Positions 15,848-33,378 of a DNA stretch of 64,000 nucleotides are shown piece by piece (the first letter of the stretch is position 1; each line of letters begins with the position of its first letter). Made by a program: the position numbers and the translations under genes. The stretch lies in the NCBI RefSeq assembly GCF_009914755.1, contig NC_060934.1. One strand, given 5' to 3'. The stretch comes from the human T2T-CHM13v2.0 reference genome, Homo sapiens. The notes below the pieces were generated by a model that saw only the letters and a list, made by a program, of their open reading frames with translations, did no database searches and had not been told where the DNA came from.

Positions 15848-17944
15848 TAACCCATACAATGGAGGTTTAGGGAGTGGGTGGAAGAGCTTTAGTGTCTTTG
15901 GTTTAAATTTAGGTCTGTTTTAAAATTGTGTCTGATACAACCACATCTCCTTAATAAACGTATTGGTTTACTATTTTCAGTTCAGTCTTTAGAAAACAAG
16001 CAGCCTTTCAGGAAGAATTGCAGAGAGGTTTGGTTCTCAAATTTTGTGTGCTTCTAAATATTCTTTATACCTTGCTTCAAAATGTAGCTACCTGAGCTCA
16101 CCTTTCTGTAGCCATTTCAGTTTATTAGGTTTGGGGTGAAATGTGCCATTTGTATTTTCAACAAGCCCCACCCCAGCTGCTGAAAATGATGCAAAATCAA
16201 ATTTGAGCATCGCTGCTGTAGAATACATTCTCTCTTTCTTCCAATGGAGAGTTCCATTCCTGAATGTGGGATATGTTGAAATGGTGCAGCCAAATTTGCA
16301 TTGTTGTTCGGTAATATCAGTGGTTCTTAATCAAAGACATGTATGAGAATCAACTGTGGTGCTTTTGAAGGTCATCACTAAAAATTGTCCACGCTTTAGC
16401 TCCACCCACTGGCAATTCTGTGAAATACTTTTCAGGTGGGGCCCCGCTCGCCTGTTAACGTATCACAGGTGATTTCTACTTGGTATAATATGGTATGACC
16501 CATCTGCAGTGGAAACAAATGCCTGTTTTGGATAGGAGTATTTCAATTCAAGTTAATATGAATTGATAAATACACAGGTAATATTTGGGTTGTTATTCAA
16601 AGAACTTATAAAAGTCATATCTTGTAAAAGTCTATAGATTTATTACAGCCTTTTAAAAAATATTGCCAGGCCCCAAGCCCTGAAAATATGTTGCGCTTGC
16701 TCCTTCCCTTACTGAAATCACATTTAAATTCAGAATCACCAGTGCTAGTTTACTTTCAGTTCAAGACAGCAAGCCTGAAAATAGCCTTAATGACGCATGC
16801 AGAGCATTTTCCTAGGAACAGACTCTGGACTTATTAGTGTCTGGAGCCATCAGTCAATACTTTTCTGGTGCACTGGTGTGTTAGTAAGGGATGCCAGAAA
16901 TGCGTGCCTTCTCTTATCAGTCACCCGGAGAATTCACGTAACTTGCTTTAAATAGCCGAAGTGAAGAAGGAGATTGACTTTACAGTTGTGTTTGCTTCTT
17001 TAAAAAATATACTTATCTTTTCCTAGCTGTAAAATAGCAATCGAAAACTGCCATCTAAAGTGAAAAATAATTCCCTAAGGTTTCAATAGGGTTTTTCTTG
17101 TATCAGAACCAGGGCCAGGGTGTAACTGGATTTAAGTGCCAGACAAGGAGCTAGAAGCTGCAGGTGCAGCTCCCCGCCACGCTGCTCTCTGTGACCTTGA
17201 GTGAGACACAAAATTGCTGGGCTTCCGTTTTTCATTTTAAAATGCGAGGGTTGGATTTGCTCACTAAGAGCTCTTTTATCTCTAATAGTTAAGATGATGG
17301 AACATGATGTTTTGAGATGTTTTGCTGAAATTTCTCACATAGAAAATGGGCCTTCTGAAAACATATAATTATAGTTTTGGGTAGGAAGAAGCTGTCATGG
17401 TGGCGAAGGGGAACATTGCAAATCTGAACATGACCGCAGCTGGCGGGAGAATAATGTGTTAGAATTGAAAGGCACCCTGCAGACTTGCTGTTTAATGTAC
17501 AAAGAAGCCTAGGGCCGGAGGGGCAGGGGGACTCTCAGGGACAGTGGAATCTGGCTCAACGGTCACCCTCTGGTAGCAAGCAAGACCTGTCTCTGTGACA
17601 GGTCTCAATCAATGGAGAAGCTTATTTTGCCGACGTTAAGGACATGCCTAGGCTCAGCGTCCTAAACTAAGCCAAGTGCACCAAGCCAGGTGCTCAGGCT
17701 CCTAAACTAAGGTGCAATTAGGCAATCAGCATGGATTGTTAGACTGTACAAAGGTGGAGATGCCAATTCCCCAACTGTTTTCCTAGGGGTTGTGTTCCCA
17801 CACACGCACTTTCTCCTTAGTAACAGCGCACGGCTCCTGACCTGGATGGGTGGCCTTAGATCTGTGAAGCACATCTACCTTGCCTTGAGAAAGATGCAAC
17901 TCAATGTTGGCTTCCTTAGCTCCGTGCCACTCAGCATTGCAGCA

Positions 17945-18783
17945 CCGAAAGGAAAACTGTTTCCTCTCTACTCTCCCACTACTCTCAATTCTTCCAACAA
18001 CAGATGTGGGTTGTTTTCCCCCCCAACAGCAAGCAGTTCTCCAGTTCTCTGCAGATGCTAATGCCACGTCCTGCAATTCAATTCTGACCTTATCTACCTG
18101 GAGTTAGTGCAGACCCAACAGGTTGAAGGCTGAGTCCCAAAAGACTGTCCCCACTTCAGATGCCAGTCGCACAAGTGATGAGTCTCCAGGTTATCCTCAA
18201 CTTCTGTCCAACTCAACTACAGATCAGAGGTTCCCATGGCCCCCTACTCAGGTTCTATAATTTGCTAGAAGGGCTCATAAAACTCAAGAGAACAGCCGAC
18301 TTACTAGATGACTAGTTTATTATAAGAGGATACAACTCAGGAACAGCCAGAGGAGAGAGGGATGGGAGAGGGTGCAGAACATCCATGCCATATCTAGGTA
18401 CGCCACCCTTCCAGCACGGCCCTGGGGTCACACACCTGGAAGCTCTCAGATCTCCATCCTTTTGGGTTTTTATGGAAGCTTTGTTACTTAGGCACCATTG
18501 ACTAAATCACTGGCCACTGGCGATTAAGTCAGTCTCCAACCCTTTTCCTGTCTCTAGAGGTCAGGGTGTTGGGGCGGAAAGTTCAAACACTTTAATATTA
18601 CGGTTGGTTCCTCTGGCACCCAGGCCCCATCCCAAGGCTCTCCAGGAGACCCCAGCCACCAGTCATTCATTAGCATGCCAAAAGACACTTAACACTTTGG
18701 AGAGTATAAGAGTTTTAGGAGCTGCATTCCAGTAAACAGGTGTGCAGATCAGATAAGCATTTCTTATTGTATTGCAGTATCAG
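17945..18783 (-). mobile_element. MER21-family solo LTR
   Basis: caattcaattctgac...tatctacctggagttagtg...ccccacttcagatgccagtcgca, characteristic of MER21. Confidence 0.75.
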
Positions 18784-19507
18784 AGATGATGCTCACCGCT
18801 GGACCACATTCCAAGATATGGCTCCACTTATTGATCTTTGAATGAAGGGGTACCTTATTGATCCTCCCCCTGACCTTACCCCAAATAACAAATCATACCA
18901 GTACTAAACTGGCAGAACTCAAGATTGGTTAGGAAAGATCCTCTGAAACTTCGTATAATGACAGTTACCTTGTTTTGAGTGTGTCCCCTGTGCCAGGCAC
19001 TGTGCTGAGAGCTTTGTGTGTTCAGACTCACTTCACAGTTACAAAACCCTCTTTAATATGTGGGAACTGGGCTTGAAATGGTTTAGGTACACGGTCCAGT
19101 TCATAGCCAATGTTGTGTTACTAGAAAGGGATCCCAATACAGACCCTGAGAGTGGGTTCTTGGACCTTGTGCAAGGAAGAATTCAGGGCAAGGCCATAGA
19201 GTAAGGTGAAAGCAATTTGTTAGAGAAGTTAAAAAAAGAAAAAAGAATGGCTACTCCATAGGCAGAGCAGCAGCATGGGCTGCTTAACTGAATATACTTA
19301 TAGTTATTTCTTGATTATATACTAAACAAGCAGTGGATTGTTCATGAGTTTTCCAGGAAAGGTGTGGGCAGTTCCTGAAACTGAGGGTTCCTCCCCCTTT
19401 TAGACTATATAGGGTAACTTCCTGACATTGCCATGGCATCTATAAACTGTCCTGGCACTGGTAGGAGTGTCTTTTAACATGTTAATGCATTGTAATTAGT
19501 GTATTAT

Positions 19508-20454
<947 letters not shown>

Positions 20455-20746
20455 TAATAAATAATAATAATAAACAGGGAAGACGACCAGAGATCACTTT
20501 CATCACCATCTTGATTTAGGTGGGATTTGGCCGGCTTCTTTACTGCATCTTGTTTTATCAGCAAGGTCTTTGAGACCTGTATCTGGTGCTGAACTCCCAT
20601 GAATAAGAATGCCTAAACTCTTGGGAATGCAGCCCAGTAGGTCTCAGCCTTATTTTATCCAGCCCCTATTCAAAATGGAGTTGCTGTTGTTAGAATGTCT
20701 CTGACAGCTGGACTCATCCAAAGCCTTTTTAGTAATGCCATGACTG

Positions 20747-21498
<752 letters not shown>

Positions 21499-21757
21499 AG
21501 TGCTTCCTCTTCTATTTCCCACAGAACATTCTGGAAAACCACCAGGGTAGAACCCTGACTTCTATTTGACCACAGCTCACCATTCTTATATGTTTTGTGA
21601 TTTTCATTTTCCCTTAAGAATTGTCTCCAATTGCGACATTCTTCAGAACTTATTAAAGATATCTGAAGTGTATACGGTGAAAAATGTATAGAATGGTGGT
21701 GTCACCACTTGATGTTGAGTGTGAAATGTGTGGGTAGTAAACTTCTGAAGCTGCTGC

Positions 21758-22180
21758 TGTAAGGGCCAAGGGAAACTTCCCCTTCACCCTGTGAAAGTTT
21801 GCAGAAAAAGCAACTCACTAAGACAGGTTAATTGGAGAAAAGGCATGCAAATGTATTTAACATGCACACGGGGAGAATCTCAGATTACTTATTCCCTAAT
21901 AGAGTTAAGAAGCTTATACAGCATCCTGGCCAAACAAGTTATGGGAGTAGGGAGAAGAGGAATTCCATTGAGAGGATCACTAGGGAGAATGAATGGATCC
22001 AGGAACAGAGATAAATTTGTAAATAGTCTCTTGACAGTTAAGGTTTGGTTGCATTCTTGGTATTAACAGGGAGGGGAAGCAGAAACCATTGGTCTCTTTG
22101 GTGCCTCTGGGTCCTGGGCAGATACAGCCTTTGCTGTGGGAGGGATGTGGGGGACCTTGAGGCGGCTTCTTCATTTCAGC
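21758..22180 (-). mobile_element. ERV1 (MER4-group) LTR fragment, subfamily unresolved
   Basis: tgtaagggccaagggaaacttcccttcaccctgtgaaag...ggagaaaaggcatgcaaatgtattt resembles reverse 3' end of MER4-group LTRs. Confidence 0.55.
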
Positions 22181-22182
22181 AG

Positions 22183-22317
22183 GCCAACTACTCAGGAGGC
22201 TGAGTCGGGAGGATCGCTCTAAGCCCAGTAGTTCAAGGTTGCGGTGAGTTCTGATCCTACCACTGCACTCCAGTCTGGGTGACAAAGTGAGACCCCGTAT
22301 CTAATTAAAAAAAAGAA
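22183..22317 (+). mobile_element. Alu 3' fragment
   Basis: Right-arm sequence plus A-tail. Confidence 0.8.
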
Positions 22318-22760
22318 GACACCTCTTCAAATTTTGACAGAGTTTAACTCTTTCATCAAAATACCTATATATTTTATGTAATATGGATCATTTATATATA
22401 CACATATCTGTGTGTACATATTGTTATCTGTATACGTATATCTGTATTATATAACATATATAATCTGTGTGTATATGTATATATCTTTTTATGTGTCTAT
22501 CCTTCCTGACACCCATTCCCTGAATTCTTTTCTGCCAAGATAAATGCAAAGAGCCAGAAAATCTGTGATCCTATCTCTTAACAGATCTGTGCTGAGAAAT
22601 TACTGTAGGTATACCTGGAGTTCTTAATAAAAATTCTAGTTAGATGACTTTTGAGAACCATAAAAAAAAACTTAAGAGAACTTCTGGGATCTCTAGTAGG
22701 GACTAACTTTCTCTTTACAAATGTTGACAAATTGTTGAGATTGTCTGCGGAGATAGTACA

Positions 22761-23133
22761 TGATATGGTTTGGCTCTGTGTCCCCACCCAAATCTCACAT
22801 TGAATGGTAATCCCCATGTATCAAAGGAGGGGCCTGGTGGGAGGTGATTGGATCATGGGGGTGGATTTCCCCCTTTCTGTTCTCATGATAGTGAGGTTCT
22901 TATGAGATCTGATGGTTTAAAAGTGCGTGTGTCTCTCTCTCTCGCTCGCTCGCTCTCTCGCTCTCACTCTCTCTTGCTCTCCTGTGATAAGACATGCTTG
23001 CTTCCCCTTTGGTCATGATTGTAAGTTTCCTGAGGCCTCCTGTTAAGCCTGAGGAAGTGAATCAACTAAACCTCTTCATAAATTGCCCAGTCTCAGGTAG
23101 TTCTTTATAGCAGTGTGAGAACAGACTAATACA
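22761..23133 (+). mobile_element. MaLR solo LTR (MSTA/THE1-type)
   Basis: TGATATGGTTTGGCTCTGTGTCCCCACCC...AGACTAATACA, 5-bp TSD gtaca/gtata. Confidence 0.9.
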
Positions 23134-24409
23134 GTATATGAGGTACACAAGACAGCTCATTACTTTTAGAGTCAAGCATTGTTTTTAATTTAAAAATGTT
23201 ATCTCCCAGGTTGATCATAGGCTGTATTCATTCAGCTTGGCTTTGAGTGACTCTGGGCTGTTTGCTAAAACTAATTTGTCCTCAAAGGAAAGCGAGTTAT
23301 GAATAGGGGCATTCAAAATTTTATGACTTTGGTTCTGATGATACTTTCAAAAAATGAATTTTAAATAATTTTCAAATGAGAGAAACAATCCTCAAATATA
23401 TGTTCATTTTTTTCCAAGGGTTTTTTGAAGGGGTTCCCATTCACTTGGATAGGTTTGTATATGCTTGACATTTTTTAATTACTCAAATTATTTGAGGATC
23501 ACAATTCACTTTTAATTGTTTTTTTAATATTGGAGATGTGGGATTTGTTTTTTTCTCTTTTGGTTGTCAACCTGGTTACTAACAGACTGATTCTCCTTGA
23601 GCATCCAGAATAAGACAAGCCCGTTGGTTTAATAGTTATCTGTGGTAAGTACCGTCATACACAGTGTGTCTCCTTTGTAAAACTTAAGTGCAATGAATGA
23701 TGTTGTTACTAGTCCAACGTGTTTCTCTCTTGCTAGAATAATAGCCTCACAGAGCAAAATCTCTGTCTTGTTGAGTTCTGTGTTCCCACTGCCAAGAAAG
23801 TATCCTGAGCCTAAGAGGCACTTAATAAGCACTTAATGAATTACAAAAGAAATGATTTGATTACAGAACTAAGTCTACCAAGTGTAGCTAGTTCAGTTGC
23901 AGAAAACAGAATCCAGAACTTTTATGTTTCCAGTGCATCATTTTGTCTCTAACTGCTTAGGAACTATGGTTAGGGCTAAGAGAAAATAGACGAATTTATC
24001 CCCTGCTGGTGGGCATGAAAATTAGCACATCTCCCTGGAGGAAAACTTGGTAAAATATTTATCACATCTTTTCAGACGTAAACACTTTTTCTAACCACAT
24101 AGGAGACTTACATAAACATCTTTTGGTCAATAATTTGTCTAAGGAAATAAGGATAAAATGTTTTAGATATGTTTTTAATATCAAAAGAAATGTCTAATAA
24201 CAGTGCAGACCCCTCTTACGTACCCCTTGAGGTCCTCTCAGCCTCACCTATCTGTTCCACCCCTCTCTGTGGCAATTCCTCTGCATAAGGCCAACAGGTC
24301 TTCCTTGTTGGCCACAGGTGGTGTGCTGTGAGGCTGTGCTCATCACGCTTGTGTGCACAAAGCACTGGGCAGACACACCCAGTGCAGAAAATCTTTGACC
24401 AAGAGGTGA

Positions 24410-24832
<423 letters not shown>

Positions 24833-25092
24833 TGAGCCATCAATCAATCACACCTAGTAGCAGCCAAGTCTATTACAGCCCCTCAGATGGTCTCTTCCTC
24901 TCCTTCCCTGATTCCTTCTCTGGCCCCTCTCTTCTATTCCCTGAGATTGTACTCTTATATAAGCTCAGTGCCTCAGTATCTGCTGTCTGGAGAGCTGAGA
25001 AGTTGTCTTGTTGATTAAATAAGCTATATCATCTTTTAAGTGGCTACAGATATGGACAGCCATTACAACTGACATGAAAAGGCAATAAATGA

Positions 25093-25408
<316 letters not shown>

Positions 25409-25682
25409 TCTTATTGGTTTTTACAGAGACTAACTGAGATATATTTAAGCAACAGGACTTCTACATAGTAAGCACAATATAGTTGCAAATTAAGGCAGTT
25501 ATTAATTATTACAGTCTAATAATGTCTGAAAAAAACAAGTCTGTTTATCACGCTGAATCACATCTGTATACTGCCACAGGTATACCTCAGGGAAGTTCAG
25601 ATTACTACCCAAGGGCCAACCGCTGCTTCTGAAACATCAACTGACAGAAGAACCTACGGAAGTTATAATATCTCCTGGCTAG

Positions 25683-26310
<628 letters not shown>

Positions 26311-26439
26311 TAAGAGTTTCTAGAGAGTGAGTGATCACATGGGGTTTCATGTTCAGAACTCACCACCCACAACTCTCTGCACTAATCTAATCCCTGCCAA
26401 AACATTTGGTTTGGGTCATGGGGACACTCAGCTCAATCA

Positions 26440-26866
<427 letters not shown>

Positions 26867-27321
26867 CTAAAACCGCAGCTGTTGCAGTGGAGAAGAAAGT
26901 GAAGATTACCGAATTAACATAAAATATAATGTGTCTCCCCGTGCTTGTCAGCATGTACTTTGTAAAGGCTTTCCTGGTGTTTGTTTAGAATGCTGCTTTG
27001 GAAATTCTTTGTAGTGTATAATTTTCTAAATAAGTACAGAATAGACATTTTATAACAATTTAAATGCCAGCATCAGTTTAAAAGGGATACCACTGTTGGA
27101 GTCTCTTAACTCTTTCATTACTGTCCTCGCCACAGAATACAATTACTGAGTGGAACCGCGGTGACAAAAGCGAAAACAACTCAGTGTTCAGGGTACTGTG
27201 AATATTTGCTGGGCCACATTTCGTGGGCTGAGACTCTTCAAAAAATGATGTCACTGGTGTCTAGCAAGATTGCCTTATATCAGGCTGCTTTTCATTTTGT
27301 TTTTGAAATGTTTGTAGTTTA

Positions 27322-27654
<333 letters not shown>

Positions 27655-28091
27655 CTAAGAAATGGGAGAGCTAAGTGAGTGAAGTGTAACTGATAAGCAA
27701 AGAGAAGGAATAAAAATACCAAGTTATCACTCAGGAGTTACAGGCAGCAGCTACACAAAAGATGTAGCCAACCAAGGGAAGAAGAGAGTGCTCAAATTAG
27801 TGTGAACCCAGACACCTGAGAATCCAAACTTTTCAATCGCTGTAGCTAAAGTTCTTTGGCCCAGTGTAGACACAAGCTCCCTCACTGGGGTCTCAGGATA
27901 TAAGGATTCAAGCCCTGTCTCTCGTGCCACTCTGTCCTTTCAACCACGCAGTGCTGGATTTTAAACAGGTAGAAAGTAAAATGTTTATTGTATTTACCCC
28001 TTTGCTTAATTCTTAATCATTTTAAATTTAATAAATATCTATATACACTTGCACTTACATATATATATGTTGATCGTATAAAACAAAATCC

Positions 28092-28368
28092 TGGCTGGGC
28101 GCGATGGCTCACGCCTGTAATCTGAGCACTTTGGAAGGCTGATGCAGGCAGATTGCTTGAGTCCAGGAGTTGGAGACCAGCCTGGACAACATAGTGAAAC
28201 CCTGTCTCTACAAAAAATACAAAAAGTAGCCAGATGTCATAGCGCATACCTGTAATCCCAGCTACTTGGGAGGATCATTTGAGCATGGAATGCAGAGGTT
28301 GCAGTGGGGCGAGATCACACCATTGCACTCAGCCCTGTGTGACAGAGTGAGACCCTGTCTTAAAAAAA
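28092..28368 (+). mobile_element. AluJ
   Basis: Dimer with small deletion. Confidence 0.88.
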
Positions 28369-28764
28369 GTATATATTTGTTTCAAAACATATTGTAGGAA
28401 CTTTTGCCCATATATAAAGAATAAAATAAAGTTGAAAAGTTTCCTTCCTTAATGGAAGGATTATTTATTATCATTGAAAGTTAGCAAGATGATAGAGAGA
28501 AGTTATAATCAGACAAGGATAACTAGAAAGTAAGATATCAGTAAGTGCTAAATAAAGCAGATGGCTATGACCTGGTTCCTGTAAGTATAGTCAGTACCTC
28601 TTCAGTTCCTGGGTGCTTCCTATATAAGACTTGATAGCTACACTCCCACCTGAGGCATTTAATATAATAAAAGAGTAGAACAAGTTTTATAAGAAGTTAG
28701 TGTACACAACAAATAAGTGGATAAAAAAAACGGATTAGATCTTCTTGACCTGTCTTTTCTATAG

Positions 28765-29106
<342 letters not shown>

Positions 29107-30047
29107 TAGTCTCTTACAATAGGGATCTGGGTCATTTTTTTTTTTTTTTCATTTCTCTAAAAAGAGCAAATTGAGAGTAGTTAATATTTAAGACAAATCC
29201 ATTATAGACATTAAAACAAACTATGAATTTTCCTTTTATGTTATTAGCAATTGACAGTTTCAGGATGAAAATTGAAAACCATACTTTGCTATTTAGCATA
29301 GTAAAATTCACCTTTGTATTAGGAAATGAAGAAATCAATGCATAAAAATCTAAGTAACTATATTAATCATGATCAGAAATTTATTTCTATCCTTGAGTGA
29401 ATTTCATTTCACTTTTTAATCATAGGTATTCATTCTATCACTGGCACATTTTTATTAAACTTAGGTATGCATTGTGTTATAGCGTTCAAATTATTAGCTT
29501 CACTATTAACTCATTAGTCATTGTTTAGGGAGAAAGCTAGAACTATAGTGCCATGAAATTATAATGTGTTTATTCTATTTCATAACCAAAGATATTTTTA
29601 AGTTAATTATCTCCTCCTATAATAATTGGTGCTTAGCAGCCTTAGGCCTAGTGATTCCAGAAGGCTGTAAGAAAATAAAAGTTCTTCCTTTTCTAAACAT
29701 TAACCACCTCTCTGACAAGAGCCTGTGGGCCTCCACACAGCAGGCCTCTGTGGAGCAAATAGAGTTTCCTTTGGATGTGAGAAAAAGCAAGTCTTGCGGC
29801 CAAAAAGCTGTCCACTAATATCCTTCCAGCCCTGCCAGATTAGTTCTTGCGTATACCCATCTGTTAATGACAGGGTCCAGGCATCTGTCTCTAGGCAGAA
29901 AAGAGCATACGGCAGTGAGATGAGGGACTTCAAGGCCAGGGGATAGAGGGCATGAGTCAGGGCAGAAGCATGGAGAAGGTGGGAAATTTGGGGAGCTTGA
30001 ACAGATGTTTCTGGACCATCCTTTTGGGTCTGTAGGCCAGATAGTAA

Positions 30048-30683
30048 TGAAGCATTATTGTGTGGGGTAAATATGTGAGGTTCATTGTCTCACGGCAGGG
30101 AAATCGAGGACGTGGACGTGGAAGAAATGAGTTTAAGAGCGGAGGTTTAATAGGTGAAAGAAAAAGAGAATAGCTCTCTCTCTCTCTTGCAAAGAGAGAA
30201 GGGCTCCCAAGTGCGTCATCTGGTTTCATGGTGAAACGCATGGGGTTTCATAGTTGAGCTTGAGAAGGCGCTGTCTGCTTTACATAGGGCGCGAGAGATT
30301 GTTCGGACCAGGTGTGACATTTGCATGGTGCATGAAGATGCTGGCCAGCCCACCCTAATCTTTCATGCAGATGGGGTCTCAACCTGGCCAGCACCATGTT
30401 GTCTGTTCCTCACTGTACTTGTGGTTGACAAACAAAAGGGAAGATGGAGCCACCAGGTTGCACATGCCTGGCCCCCAGGTAGCCTTTATCTATTGGCACA
30501 GCTGCGGCATTTACCTGTGCAGACTTTTAGCTTGTTTATCTATGCTTTCAGCTTGATTTTTCAGGCTGCTTTTTGTTAGAAAAGAAACAATATGGGGGCT
30601 GTGTTTCATTAGAAGGAAGCCTTACCGAGGACTCTCTTACCCTCACTGTTGGCTGAAATAATTTATTTCTAGCTCATATATCA
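30048..30683 (-). mobile_element. Complete ERV1 solo LTR (LTR9-like)
   Basis: TGAAGC...TATCA termini, perfect 4-bp TSD GTAA; reverse start tgatatatgagctagaaataaattattt...gtgagggtaagagagtcctcgg. Confidence 0.8.
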
Positions 30684-30772
30684 GTAATAGTGCTGGAGTC
30701 AGGGTGGGAAGGGAGGTGGTGAAACCAGGTGGTTGGTCTCTTCAGCAGCCTTCTCAAGATGAGTGATTTGTG

Positions 30773-31071
30773 GAGGGGCGCGGTGGCTCACGCCTGTTAT
30801 CCCAGCACTTTGGGAGACCGAGGTGGGTGGATCATCTGAGGTCAGGAGTTAGAGACCAGCCTCGCCAACATAGTGAAACCCTGTCTCTGCTAAAAATACA
30901 AAAATTTGCTAGGCATGTTGGCGGGCGCCTATAGTCCCAGCTACTTGGGAGGCTGAGGCAGGGGAATCACTTGATCCTACGAGGCAGAGGTTGCAGTGAG
31001 CCAAGATCCTGCCACAAATTGCACTCCAGCCTGGGCAACAGAGCAAGACTCCATCTCAAAAAAAAAAAAAA
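30773..31071 (+). mobile_element. AluS
   Basis: Dimer with A-tail. Confidence 0.9.
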
Positions 31072-31195
31072 TGAGATAGGAAGACATACATGGTCTCATA
31101 GTTTATAAAATTCCACACCAAGGACCCTGCACAGGAAACACTGAAAGGCTGCTGCAGCGACCCTAGTTTTACAGAGGGAATAAAAAGTCATGCAA

Positions 31196-31326
31196 ATTGT
31201 ACTTTTAGTAGAGACAGGGTTTCACCATGTTGCACTGGCTGGTCTCGAACTCCTGACCTCAGGTGGTCCGCTTGCCTCGGCCTCCCAAAGTGCTGGGATT
31301 ACATGCGTGAGCCACCACACCCAGCC
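31196..31326 (-). mobile_element. Alu left-arm fragment
   Basis: Antisense left monomer. Confidence 0.85.
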
Positions 31327-31411
31327 ATTCATGAAATACAGCTTTCTAGATGGTGAAAAAGAGATGTGAAGAGAGAAACGGAAGATCTAAATAAATAAAA
31401 ATAATGATTTG

Positions 31412-31764
<353 letters not shown>

Positions 31765-32112
31765 TTAAGTGCATCTTTGTACTTAAAAGGAATAGGTTAC
31801 CTTTATGAGGGACACCCATCGTTCTAACATGTGAAGGTGTTCATTTAGTGTCACACGCAAGGCAGACCTGGGCCCAATCTTTTTTTGCCTTTCTTTATAC
31901 CAACCAATTTTTAGCATTTTGTAAATTATAACTTTCAAGTCTTCAAAATTTCACATAAACATGTAAATGTTGTGGAACTGCCATCTACACACCCCTTTAA
32001 ATGAAAAGCACTCTAGTACTGTAGGAGAAACACAGGCTTTGGAGAGAGAGAGATTTTAGCACCAGCTCTAACGCTTATGGCCTGGGAGAACATATAAAAA
32101 AAAAAAATCTTC

Positions 32113-32648
<536 letters not shown>

Positions 32649-32660
32649 TTAAAATTTAAC

Positions 32661-32793
32661 TTTTTTTTTTTTTTTCAGAGAAAGGATCTTGCAATGTTGC
32701 CCAGGCTAGATTCAAACCCCTGAATTCAAGCCATCCTGTTGCCTCAGCCTCCTGAATAGCTGAGACTACAAGCGTGTGCCACAGTGAATGGCT
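32661..32793 (-). mobile_element. Alu monomer (FLAM-like)
   Basis: Antisense monomer. Confidence 0.75.
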
Positions 32794-33095
32794 GGGAGAA
32801 CTTTTTTGAGCCTCAGTTTCTTCACCTTGGAATAAAACAATTGTAGCTGGGGTTAAATGAAATGTAGCAATCTATGTATAATATACAGCACATTGTTTGT
32901 CCCTTGGCCGACATTCCGAAAGTGGTAGCTTTCATCATTTTACAGTAAGTCCTGTCATGTACAAGGTAAAGAAGGACCTAGAAGAAGAGAATATGAATTT
33001 CTTAACATCTCTTATCACTTACACATTCCCTTCTCAACAAATATTGATTGGAAACATACTGGAGACACAGTGTTGAACAAGACATGGCCTTGGTG

Positions 33096-33378
33096 TTTTA
33101 GTTTCGGTTTTTTGAGACAGGGTCTCTCTCTGTTGCCCAGGCTGGAGTGCAGTGGCGTGATCATGGCTCACTGCACCCTTGACCTCCTGGGCTCAAGCGA
33201 TCCTCCCACCTCAGCCTCTTGAGTAGCTGGGACCACAGGTGCACACCACCACAGATGGCTTTTGTTTGTATTTTTGGTAGAGACAGAGTTTCACCATGTT
33301 GCCCTGGCTGGTCTCAAACTCCTCGGCTCAAGCAATCCACCTGCCTCTGATTACAGATGTCAGCCACTGCACTCCACC
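33096..33378 (-). mobile_element. AluJ
   Basis: Antisense, TSD cttggtgtttt. Confidence 0.88.

Noticed and set aside
16700-17100. Repeat-free stretch with GATA (cttatc) and MEF2-like (ctttaaatag) words, possible cardiac enhancer
   Set aside because: Short imperfect motifs are expected by chance in AT-rich DNA; cannot be supported without conservation or chromatin data
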